From Patellaria atrata CBS 101060 (lineage: Eukaryota), in assembly GCA_010093705.1 (NCBI GenBank), contig MU006104.1, positions 186,001 through 250,000 of the forward strand: a stretch of 64,000 bases of DNA. The letters run 5' to 3'. The position numbers and the translations under genes are program-made. The notes beneath the pieces are model-generated. The model was not told the origin of the DNA, made no database searches, and saw nothing but the letters and a program-made list of their open reading frames with translations. This document shows, one piece after another, positions 27,502 to 39,920 of the stretch (the stretch's first letter is position 1; every line of letters begins with the position of its first letter).

Positions 27502-28183
27502 GTTTTGGCCTTATAGAACACGGATTACAGGACGGAACAACAAATTAGGAATTTCAGTTGACGTTTCACTAGGTTCTAAATTGAGTCCTAATGTTTCTTT
27601 TCCAATGGCTTTCCCTTAACTTACGCCTTCCGCTTCTCGAAAATCTGAGGCTGCTATCGGGTATTGGCGCACAGGCTTGATATTAGGTTCGCGGCGGTCC
27701 AATATACCCCTTTCCTTACACCAGATTGCATAGATTGGTGGGGTCTCAATGACATGAAAGCACTAATCTTTCCTTTTTAATCATCTGCATCTACGGTAAT
27801 GGGGTTTCGTAGGCTAGGCAGGCGGAGTTTTGTGCTTCCATAAGCTTTTCTCGATCAAATTTGAGCCATGCCTCATAGGTAGTTTGGCTGTTAGTACCGC
27901 AGAATCTCACGAATGAATTATAAGTTATAGATCCCGTATATCTACCAACTTTCGATATATTGCATTAGATTGGTATCCCGCTATTCATAATTAATTGTTG
28001 ATATATGGGACTTTGCAAATTTAGGGGGTGTTGTTAGGGGGCCTCCTACTTATGCCTGCTGATCTGCAGGTGCCCAGAACCGAAACTTTTGGACTGCCCC
28101 CAGACTGACTTCGCGGTACAAAATCACAGTACAGGACTATGACAATAACTTAAAAAGAATTCTCGATATCCAGGTTGACCGTA

Positions 28184-29426
28184 ATGGATTCAGACATTCC
28201 TCTCGGCCATGTACTCGTTACAGGAGGCTGCGGATTTCTCGGCCACCACATCGTAAACCTCCTTCTCGAACGCGACCCTGAAGTTCGCATCTCTGTATTG
28301 GACCTTCGCACTACCCACAACCGCAACCTCAATTCGCAAGTGTCATATTACGATGGAGATATAACCGATTATTCAAAGACGAAATCCCTGTTCGAAACCT
28401 TGAGACCAGATGTCGTTATCCATACCGCTAGCCCTCACTTCAATCTAAGCCCTGATATTCTGTTAAAAGTGAACCTCGATGGAACAAAGGTGCTACTGCA
28501 GGGAGCTCAAGAGACGGGTGTGAAAGCATTTGTGTACACAAGTTCGGCGAGCATTATACACGATGGGAAGAATCTCATAAATGCAGACGAGAGGTGGCCG
28601 CTTGTCACTGGGAATAAGCAACCAGAATACTATTCAACGACTAAGGCAAGACCATTTCTATTTTAACATCTTACATCGTAACTGCTGGAGAACAATCTTT
28701 ACTTTCACTGACCATCTGGTGTTGGGCTCTTGTTGATGGGCTTTTCTTGACCACATACTGACTTCATCTGTTTCACAGGCATATGCCGAATCTGCCGTTC
28801 TTGCCGCAAATCGCTCAGATGCATACCCGAACTTCCTCACGTGTGCAATCCGTCCAGCGGGTATATTTGGTGAGGGAGATGTGCAATCAGTTCCCAAGAT
28901 GATCACTGCATACCATAAGGGGCAGACTAAGTTTCAGATTGGAGATAATAATAACCTTTTCGACTTCACATATGTGGGAAATGTTGCGCATGCCCATCTC
29001 CTTGCTGCGTCTGCACTTCTAGTCACAGCAAAAATGGCTCCTCAACGTCCTCTTGACCATGAGACGGTGGACGGAGAACCGTTCTTGATTACCAATGGTC
29101 AACCTGTGTACTTCTGGGACTTTGCACGTACAATCTGGCGTGAAGCTGGTGACAAAACCCTACCCAACCAAGTCTGGGTCCTTTCAACCGATATGATGTG
29201 GGCGATCGGTGCTGTATTAGAAGGGATATTTTGGGTGATGGGCAAGACACCCAATTTGACCAGACAACAGGCCAAGTACAGTTCGATTACGAGGTACTAC
29301 AATATTGACAAGGCCAAGAGACGGCTCGGTTACAAACCAATTGTGGATCTACAGGAGGGTATCAGGAGAGCGGTCCAGTACATAATTCAAGAAGAGAAGA
29401 AGCAAGGGGAGAAAAAGGCGCAATAG
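28184..29426 (+). CDS. ERG26: C-3 sterol dehydrogenase (sterol-4-alpha-carboxylate 3-dehydrogenase)
   Basis: VTGGCGFLG NAD motif, VYTSSAS, YSTTK, IRPAGIFGEGD, LFDFTYVGNVAHAH; GC-AG intron 28646-28778. Confidence 0.92.
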
Positions 29427-30568
29427 GGTAGGTGTAAGAAATTGAGAAGTAAATTTAGAGTTATGATATTGTTCAGGGTAATACCTAGACGGGTGCCGTC
29501 ATTAGTAATACTGCAGATATTGTACAGTTTAAGCATAAACTGAAGGTTGAGGATATCCCGGCATCCTCGCATATCAAGGTGGTGTCCAAGTGCGTCTCGG
29601 GTGAAGGAACTCTGGAGGGTGATATGCGAACCATATGCTACAGTAAAGAAGGCTGAGGAAAGGAAAAAAGAAAGGTTGCGCAAAAATTTCAATTCCAACA
29701 TACGGGATCAGGGGAAAGACCGGATGGCGGCACTTCTGACAATCCATTGTGTGACTTTTCCTTTTTCCTGTTTCCTTACTTTGTCTGAATCGCGTGCAGA
29801 ATTCTAAGTAAAGATAGAAGTTTCATGTCGTCTAAAGATTCTCCTCACGTGTTCCTTTACTTTTCGTCCATTGACGCTGCATGCGTTATTAGAGTTATTA
29901 CTCAAGACCGAAGGATCTGGCATATCTAGGTGTACTTAGGTCTTTTCAGTCACTGCGGTTATCCCCGATTCCCCGGTTTTTACGGTTTCCCCATCATGCC
30001 GGGTCGGCTCGGACATTTTAACTTATGATCAATTCGGGATGGTGATCGCTTGGCCTTACCTGTTCCTGACAGTTGCTGCTTCGCCTCCAACTTGACGGAC
30101 CCCATACACGTGTCGCTAGAGTTCGCTTGACCTACCTACAGCTACCAACCCTACCTCCACTTACCCTAACCGTTACTTACTGCAGTATATGCTTCTCCCA
30201 CGCCCGGCTTTGAATTCTTCCTCGGCTAAAGTTGGCTTCCCTTACCTTGCTTACCTTCATATCCGTAATCTCAGACAACAACACCATTTTCATTCTCATC
30301 CTTTGGGGCCAACAATCGAAGACCGAAGGATGGACTTCATTGTCCGTGAATTCGAAGGAATCGTGATGCTAGTAGCTTTGGGCCGAACAACTAATGCTTC
30401 ATCACTCTACACCCTTATAGAGACCATGAGCCCCTCGTTGCAATGCTTCCTTGAACTTGCGAATTCGACATTCAAAGAAGAGCTCGCCCTGAAGAGACTC
30501 GCAGAAGTGCTCACCCTCGAGCCTTCCATCTCGTCCCTCGTTAGGAATTTCCTTAACCCAGCCCTACC

Positions 30569-33503
30569 ATGAAGCTTCTTCAAGCTTCTGCACTGTTGCT
30601 TGCGGCCAGCTTGGCTCGCGCCCAGGAATCCGTATGCAATCCGTATTCCCAAGCGAAGGTCTATGCTTACATTACAGGATGATACCACTCACGGACCTCT
30701 ATGGGGCTCAACTTCTCCACCAAAATATCCTTCGCCGTGGATAGAGGGGACAGGTGGTTGGGAAGAGTCATATCGCAGAGCTCAAGAGATCGTCAGTCAA
30801 ATGACATTAGTGGAGAAGGTGAACCTCACTACAGGAACTGGGTGAGTGTCTGCTTTTGGGCATCTTGTAAACCCTGATAGCTAATGTCAACAGCTGGCAA
30901 ACCGAGGCTTGCATTGGACAAATCGGTGGAGTGCCTAGGTTAGGCCTAGACAGCCTGTGTCTACAGGTCTCATCTGGTGGTGTCATCCTGGGTACGTAAC
31001 GGAGATGCCGATTACAAAGGCGCCCACTACTTTTGAGCTGGTATGAACGTAAAACTAATATGGCCAGGTGATCGCAATTCCGTCTTCACAGGTGCTGGAA
31101 CTATAGGAGCAGCATGGGACCGCGACCTCTGGTATGAGCGTGGTTTTGCCGTTGGAACCGAACACCGCCTCAAAGGTGTTGATGTCCTCCTTGGACCGGT
31201 CATTTCACCTCTGGGTAGATCACCCGCGGGAGGTAGAAACTGGGAAGGTTGGTCGAAGGATATATACGAACTAAGTGTCCTTACTAACTGCGTCTATAGT
31301 ATTCAGTCCGGATCCTTCACTCTCAGGCATTGCAGTTGCCGAAACTATTCGTGGCATCCAGGATGCTGGTGTCATTGCTTGTGCGAAGCATTATCTTGCC
31401 AACGAGCAGGAGCGCCTTCGACAAGTTCCTGAAGCTGAGCAATTCGGCTACAATATTACCGCAGGTCTCAGTGCAAATGTAGACGACGCGACCATGCATG
31501 AGCTATATCTATGGTATGTTAATGAGACAATTTAGAGTATTCCTGCTAAAATCGTCAGGCCATTCGCCGATGCCGTTCGTGCAGGTACCGGTGCCGTCAT
31601 GTGCTCGCACAACCAGATAAACAACAGCTACAGCTGTGGAAACAGCTATACAATGAACTATCTCCTGAAAGGAGTACTAGGTTTTCAAGGTTTCGTCTTG
31701 AGTGATTGGTCAGCACTTCACTCCGGTGTTAGCAGCGCATTAGCTGGTTTAGATATGGCTATGCCCGGTGATATCGGCTTTCTCACTGGCACGGATGGCC
31801 GTTCATACTGGGTAAATCCTGAAGATGCTGCATGTTTGTTCAGCTTATTGACATATCCGTAGGGTACAAACATGACTGTCGCTGTCCTTAACGGCACGCT
31901 GCCGGAATGGCGTTTAGATGACATGGCAACGAGGATCATGGCTGCGTACTACCAGGTCGGCCGTGATACTAATCACGTTGCAACAAACTTCAACTCCTGG
32001 ACAAAGAACACTTACGGATATAAACATGTAGCTGCCGGTATGGATTACGGCGTTGTTAACCAGCACGTTGATGTCCGTGAGGGCCATGGCGATAAAATCC
32101 GTGAAGCTTCCGCGAGATCATCTGTTCTCCTGAAGAATAATGGTGCCCTTCCATTGACTGGACGCGAAGGATTTACAGCCGTATTTGGTAGCGATGCCGA
32201 GGATCCGCCCCTTGGTCCTAACGCGTGCCCGTTCCGCGGCTGCTTGAGCGGAACCCTCGCTGTTGGTTGGGGCTCAGGATCAGCTGATTTCTCCTATTTG
32301 GTTTCCCCCTTGACCGCGATCCAGAATGAAATCCTCGGTAATAAAGTTGGTGCCATCTCAGCTGTTACTCACAACTGGGCATATCCCGAAATCACCGTCG
32401 AAGCCGCACAGGCCGATGTTGCAATCGTCTTCGTAAACGCAAACAGCGGAGAGGGCATTCTGGCCGTCGATGATAACTGGGGCGATCGCAACAACTTGAC
32501 ACTTTGGGATAATGGCGATGCATTGATCGAGACCGTCAGTGCCGTCTGTAACAACACTATTGTTGTTCTCCACACCGTCGGTCCAGTCCTCGTTAACAGC
32601 TTCTATGATAATCCTAATGTTACCGCGATCATTTGGGCTGGCCTTCCGGGAGAGCAGTCAGGCAATTCCATCGCAGATATCCTCTACGGACGTATCACTC
32701 CAGGAGGGAAGCTCCCCTTCACGGTCGGAGCAGCAAAGGAAGACTATGGTAACGACCTGGTTTACGAACCAAACAATGGCAATGCGGCCCCACAGGTTGA
32801 TTTCGAAGAGGGAGTTTTCATCGACTACCGTGCCTTTGATAAAGCTGACATCGAGCCGATCTATGAATTCGGATTTGGTCTTAGTTACACAACTTTCGAC
32901 TACTCTAATCTGCAAATCCAGAAGAACGAGAGCAGCGAGTATGTAGCAACTTCAGGTATGACGGAGGCCGCTCCAGTCTTGAGCAACCACAGGACGGATA
33001 ATCGGGCCGATTATATGTTCCCAGATATGCCTAGAATACCCCTCTACATCTACCCTTATCTTACCAGCACCGATCTCGAGGAATCGTACAACGCTTCAGA
33101 TTACGGGATGCCATCTTCTGAATGGCTCCCCGAAGGTGCAACTGAAGGATCGCCGCAGCCACGCGTTCCAGCCGGTGGTGCCCCTGGTGGTAACCCACAG
33201 CTGTGGGATATCCTGTACACCGTTACAGCCACGATCACCAACAGCGGCGAGCTCCCGGGCGAGGAAATTGTCCAGCTTTACGTCAACCTAGGTGGACCTA
33301 ACGATCCTAAGGTTGTGCTCCGTAATTTTGACCGTTTGGCGCTCGAACCAGGTGAATCAAAGGAGTTCTCTGCTACCCTTACTCGCAGGGATTTGAGCAA
33401 TTGGGATACGACAATTCAAAATTGGGTCATCACAGACTATCCGAAAACGGTGTTCGTCGGGGCATCGTCGAGAAAGCTTTTGCTGCAAGACACTCTTCCT
33501 TGA
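30569..33503 (+). CDS. Secreted GH3 beta-glucosidase (BglA/BGL1-like)
   Basis: Signal peptide [45 protein letters not shown] (nucleophile), SGEG (acid/base), YEFGFGLSY, FnIII-like tail; about 7 exons. Confidence 0.93.
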
Positions 33504-35700
33504 TTCAATGATTAGTTTGTTTGTATAACGGAGTAATAGGCAAAGAGATATTAGGTAGAAAGCGCAATGAATTTTTTACATTAATGTATAAATACTTGGG
33601 AAGGTTTGTTGGATGATGGGCTGATACAATGTATAATATAGCAGCATATCTGTTTAGAAACCTTATTGTTCTTAATCATTTTTCTGTAAAAACGTGCGTG
33701 TCTCTATTCTCTTATGCGATAATCGAACTAGGTCGTGCCTTTTCTTCTCTTCTATCCACAATCCACATTTCTTTCTCATCTTTCGGACATTCGCGGATTG
33801 TGGTGACCGAGCCGGGCCTTCCGGATACCAAGAATAACAGAGGGATGGGATACCTTATAAGAAATTGTCCCTAGGATGGTGCTGCGCAAAGAAGGACGAT
33901 TCCGAAACCTCTCGTCAACTGGATCCCAGATCATGATAGCGATTTGATCCCAAAGGTGCAGATTTGGATCCTCCTTTCGAACCACACTTCAGTACATTGT
34001 TCTAGAAGGAAGGAGTCGGCGTCCTGATTGCGTATAAGTAGCGGCTGTGATATATATTTGACATAGATCGTCACTGCTGTAGGCCTAGCATCCTGTAGGG
34101 CTGAAATAGCCTATGTCTAAGGATTAAGGGGACAAGGGAAAGGATGGTGTTGTGATTCATGCTTTAAGTCAGCTGGGTGTATGAGTAATCATCCATCGCC
34201 TTCCCCGGACGATCAGTTCATGGATGGGGACGTCGATGGGGATTTAGAATGCTTGTTGTAGGAAAAATTACATGTGGGGTCCCTCCGTTTTGGTATTCAA
34301 ACACACAGTGAACGTCTGATGACAAAGTGTTGTAATTTTGAGATGATCCGGAGATAAGGCCGGTTCGCCGTCTTAAATGCGTGTAGAGTAGATGATGCGG
34401 TAGCCAGGCGCAGTCTTTTACAGTAAACAACTCTCTGACTCACAAGGGACTTCTTGGACGATAGTTACGGTCAAGAAGGATCATATCGAGACATTCCAGA
34501 CGCTCCCGCACGAGATTAGAAACAAACCGCAAGGCAGTCATCGTGGAGAATCGAAGTCTTGGCGTTGCGCAATGTTCACCTTGAGTTACCCCGAGCCGTC
34601 GAAGATCTTCAGAGATAGGAAGACCACGTTCAAACTGTGGTCGCAACGTCGCAACCTTCACCGCAATAACTTCACACGCCATCGTACACACAACATACTC
34701 TGTGCATGTCGCCACTCTACTGACCGTAGTAATCTATACAGTCATCGGAATTTGCGGCTTTCTGCCTGAACACTACCAGGACAAGACGAGTGCACAATAA
34801 TTGCGAGCTCCAGACTCCATGTGAAATTGCCAGTTCAGGTATTGTCCCGCTGATCATTCTTAGAAATACACTCATAAAGTGGACAAAACGAAAACTAACT
34901 CTCTCTTCAGCATTAGGCAACATCTGGATATACGCAACAGCTTCACCCCGCCGACTACCTGACATTGACTCTATGGTGAGGTCCGTTTAGTGGTCGGCCT
35001 TACCTCCACATCCCCGTTGGCCGTAGACTCTCTGTTCTGCGGTAAAAGTGAGCGCATTGCAAACTCGGAACGGAAGTACCTGCACCACCGTTATCTTTCG
35101 AGGCTGGCACCACTTACCGGAAGATACTCTACGAGCATAAGGTCTCTAGCAATCAACTGTGTGTGAAAGAGGCTGCCTCGAAAGACTGGCTATACTTGAG
35201 TATCGGACGAGATCAGGGAGCGGATCTTATTTCAACTTCTAGGCAAAGAGCCCGTGACGTGGCTAGCATTGATTCCACTAGCCAGCCCTCATCGTGCTGT
35301 ATTCCAATTACTGGCTGTGGCTCGGCACGCTTTTGCTTCGCTACATGAGCGTGCCCCATCCTATAACTGACTAAGGCATCCCTCAATCGGCACAGAATCG
35401 TGAGGTTGGGTTATCCAACCAAGCAGAGTTCCCACCCAGCCCCCATCCTGGAAGGGGGTGCATCAGCCAACTTCCCAACTACAGAAAGGGCAACGGCATT
35501 GTCCGATCTAACAGGGGATTATTAAGTCATTGGCACATCAGTCATTCGCTTGTTGGCTTATTAAGGGATTTTGAGACTCTCCACACCGTGGGATTCTTTA
35601 GGTTGCCCACCTTACATATTACTCTTAGTCCGTTATACGGATTTTGTGAGCTTTCCAATCCGTTCAGCTTATTCATTGAACGGTCTTTCCTTTGACCGCA

Positions 35701-38641
35701 ATGACGCTCACTACACCCCCTTCTACCACATCCTCCAGCGCTGGACAATCTCCGGACGCGCAGTACCGAGTTGTACGAAAGCGGAATCGAGTTCCCCTGT
35801 CATGTGGCCCTTGTAGACACCGAAAGTGAGCGGTCTCTCTTTGCCTTGCTTCTTCTGATGTAACTCTTTTGTATTCCTAGTCTTATCCTCTTTGCTAACT
35901 GATCTACTCCAGGCTGAAATGTAACCGTGGTCACCCTTGTGACAACTGCACGAAAAGAGGAGACACAGCATCTTGCACGTATGCTTCACCAAGCAATCGC
36001 AAGAAGAATCAGTCAAGTCATGGCGCTTCCAGCTCTCCCGATGACATGCAGAATCGTATTGACCGTTTAGAAGGCCTTGTACTCGCTTTAATGACAAATG
36101 GCGCTCAATCTGCAGGACCAGCCGCTGCCCACGCCGCTATTGCAGGTACTAGCAGCATCAGCGGAAGCTCTGCGGACGCACCTCTTGATCTTGATATCGA
36201 AAACGATGACACTATCAAGGAGGAGGACGAGGGCGAAGAGAGCGACGTTGATAGAATTGCCAAGTCAATTGGTGTCATGAAAGTTGACAACAATAAGGCA
36301 TTCTTCGCTTCGGAAGCTCATTGGTACGCTATCTTGGGTGAAGTAAGTCTATCGATGCAATCACAAGGGCTTAACTCTGACCAAGATCCTATCAGATATC
36401 TGAAGTCAAGAACTATTTCGCAGAGCATAAGAAGCAGTATGAAGATCAACTTCAGCGATACAAAGCAGCACATCCAGATGAAGACCAACCTGGAACTGCC
36501 CTGCTATTCAGATCAACGAAACAAGCAGATCGCTCAGAGATCCTTGCTTCATTTCCTTCCAAGCAAATGGCCGACAGATTAGTGTCCCGGTACTTCAATA
36601 CTTACGATCCCGCCATCCGTAAGTTCACCGAGCGACTATTCTGAAAGCAGGACTAACAGATTTAGACATAATACACGGACCGACCTTTCAAGTAGAGGCA
36701 AGTAGATTATAGAAAGAGAAACTGAGGTTTCTGCTAATATGAATTTAGTATGATAAACATTGGCAAGCACCTCAGGAAACTCCTATAATTTGGATTGGTA
36801 TGGTGTTTGCGATGATGTGTATTGCGCTCCAGAGCTACAATAGGGCCGGAGATGAACCCCCTGAATTAAGGGGAAAGTCCTGGGAACTTTCCGTCCGGTA
36901 CAGTCGTCTCACAGCACAATGCATTCTTTCAGCAGATGTACTACAACCGATACAATATATGATGGAAACGCTCATTCTCCATATCCATGCAGAGACTTCT
37001 CGCAGTCAAGACGCTGAAGCAGGTGTGCTTGTAACGGTCAGCGTTCTAGTCAGGCTAGCGATGAGGATGGGCTACCATAGGGATTCTGCTCCATACGCCA
37101 CAATTTCACCATTTCAGGGAGAGATGAGAAGAAGAGTGTGGACAGTGATACGACAAGCCGATGCGTTTTTCTCCTCACAATCTGGGATGCCCCATATGAT
37201 AAGATCCACAGATACAAATGTCGAGCTACCTCGGAACATTTACGATGACGAGTTACATGTCGGTATGAAGACTTTACCTCCATCACGACCTGAGAGTGAA
37301 TCAACGCCATGTTCCTACATGATCGCAAAAACAAAGTTCGTCAAAGTTTTTGGCCTTATTCTTGAATTTACGAACATGTTGACCTGCGCACCCTACGACG
37401 AAACTATGCGGTTAGATCAAACCGTCCGAGAGACTCAAGCGTCACTCCCAGCGTATTTTAAGATGCGGTCGATGAACGAATCCATCCATGATTCCGCAAC
37501 CATTATTATGCAGCGTTTCAGCCTTGACCTTTTTTATCTGAAGAGTTTGTGCTTATTACATCGCAAGCTACTTGGTCCTTCAAGGATATACCCTCGTTTA
37601 GCGTATTCTAGACGTACGTGTATTGATGCGTGTCTCGGAATGTTGCGCCATCAGGCGACCTTGCAGCAAGAAGCGCAACCTGGCGGACGTTTACGAGGCG
37701 TTAAATGGCACATCTCGTCCTTAACCACGGCCGATTTCCTCCTCTCGGCCATGATTGTCTGTTTAGATCTCTACCACACCGCGGAAGATGAACAGAAGGG
37801 CCGGCCACGATCTACTGATACCTACACTGCTACACAACATAATCAGGAAGAGATGTTGGCCGCGATAGAGCACGCACTTAGCATCTGGGACTCTCTCCGT
37901 GAACACTCTATGGAAGCCTACAAAGCTCATGCAACTCTGAGCGTCATGATCAACAAGCTCAAAACACATCAGGCTCGCAGACAAGCACAACAAAATTTCG
38001 CTGCCTCCTTCCCGGACAACGCATTCAATGATGATTCAAAGGTAGCCCCGGAGCACTCGGCGGCTATGACGCTGGGAATGTTGAGTACAGGAGCTTTGAC
38101 CCCGAATACGGCCAACATGTTCAATTCACAGTCCAACGTTAATGCGGGGATGATGGTTGGCGACTGGAACCAACCGACGGGTCTCACACCACAGTATTCC
38201 GGCTTGAATGCACCGGATATAAATGGGCCGGCTAATGCTCCAAGTCCATTCTCACTCTTTGCTCCCGGTATGGGATTTCAGGAACTACCTCCTACTACCA
38301 ACATTGACTGGGTAAGTGCAGATATTATATTTAAATTGAGCGGAACACTCATCCCATGAACTGCTCTATCCCTTATAATATTCCCACCGACCTTATTCAG
38401 TATATTTTTACTTTTTACTGCAGCACTAATAATCGTACAGGATGCCTGGGACTCATACATCCAAGGTTCCACCGACCCGAGCCACATATGGACAGACCCA
38501 AACATGGTCCTTCCCGACGTCCAGGTCGATAATGTCGGCCAACAAGGCCAGAGCCAGAATACCGGTACCAATACCGGAAATCAACAGCAGCAGCAGCAGC
38601 AGCAGATGGGAAACATGTTTTCGGGCGGCTCGGTCTATTGA
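35701..38641 (+). CDS. Zn(II)2Cys6 transcription factor with fungal-specific TF domain
   Basis: RKRNRVPLSCGPCRHRK|LKCNRGHPCDNCTKRGDTASCTY; RLAMRMGYHRD...GEMRRRVW; last exon 38441-38641 with poly-Q. Confidence 0.92.
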
Positions 38642-39751
38642 GTCCCAGAGGACCAATTTTAGGAGATTATCTCAACATTTTCTATGAAGGAGGCGTCGGA
38701 ATAAGGAATGGGCAGAAAAGTTCTTGTTCATCGACGTAGGTTCGAATCCGTCTGGAGCGGACAAGAGTGGGGACGTGGAGAGAAAAAGAGCAGGGGTATG
38801 ATTACTGTATGGGAATGAGATGGAACGGAAACGGTTCATGGCTGCTTAGGGTTTGCGGAGGGACGGGTGATGGATGAGGCATGTTAAGATACCAAAAAAT
38901 CCCTTTGTTTTCTACTTGGGAAACCTTCTTTCCTCTATGTCGCTGCTTTGGCGCCCGTGCGAGATTTGGGATGTATGAATAGTTCTAGGGTTTTTTGATG
39001 GGGCTGTGGTGATGGCTACTCCGCTTAATTCTTACCCGGTGAGGGGAGAATACATTGATAAATGTATGTTGTATTGATGGTTGGTGTGGTGTGATATTCG
39101 TCTCTTACTAACTAACTGCTATTCTTGACTGTTTTATCAGGTCCAGAAGCGAGTGCAAGCACGCTGGAACCAAGAGTGGACAGTACGGTACCAGGAAGCA
39201 GGGACGGGAATACAGAAATAGCAAGTTAGCTTACTTGTACTACTGTACTGTACTGTACTGTTCTATACCACACCCCCGCGAGCCTACCTCCGCATCTTCC
39301 GCTACAATACGAATCTGGACCTGTCCTTAGGTTGTGCTCGATTCGTATTGTACTGTGTTGTGCTTTACTGTCCTATATCGCACTGGACGGTACACCACGA
39401 ACTAAGCTTCGCCTCAGTCATCCGATATGAGCGTCGGGTGGGTATGGGGGAAATGTAGTACAATACAGTACACTACACTGCGCCTTAATTCCGACGACGA
39501 TACGATTAGGTTCCATACGAGGTTCGTACAGTCGGAACAGACCTCTCGTCCCGTACTGGAGCAAAGGAGGTCCTTGCAGAGACACTCTATTCGCGTGAGT
39601 TTCTGTGTACTGTACAGCTTCCCTGTAGCAACTATACCACACCGGGTACAGCACCACCACCAACTTCTCCCCAGTCCAAGCAGTCACGGCCCTCAGCAAG
39701 CATGCAAGAATTTAATTAATTATCATCTAACCATGATCTCATTGGTATACT

Positions 39752-39909
39752 CCCACATAACCATACTACCACAGTACAGTACCAACTCCACCCATACCCC
39801 TTTTCCGTGTCCCAACCCACCAATTAACCCCCACATAACCCTACTACCACAGTACAGTATCAAGTCCACCCATACCCCTTTTCCGCGTCCCAAACCACCA
39901 ATTAACCCT
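39752..39909. repeat. Tandem duplication, 2 x 78 bp
   Basis: cccacataacc(a/c)tactaccacagtacagta...cacccataccccttttccg...ccaccaattaaccc begins at 39752 and again at 39830. Confidence 0.9.
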
Positions 39910-39920
39910 CCACTTTTCCG

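Noticed and set aside
34218..34990. Several short ORFs upstream of the Zn2Cys6 gene
   Set aside because: No recognisable motifs or consistent splice model
30569..38641. GH3 plus Zn2Cys6 factor as a metabolic cluster
   Set aside because: No transporter or further pathway enzymes nearby; adjacency alone is insufficient
38720..38760. GGTTCGAATCC, like a tRNA T-loop
   Set aside because: No proper 5-bp T stem, acceptor stem or D arm
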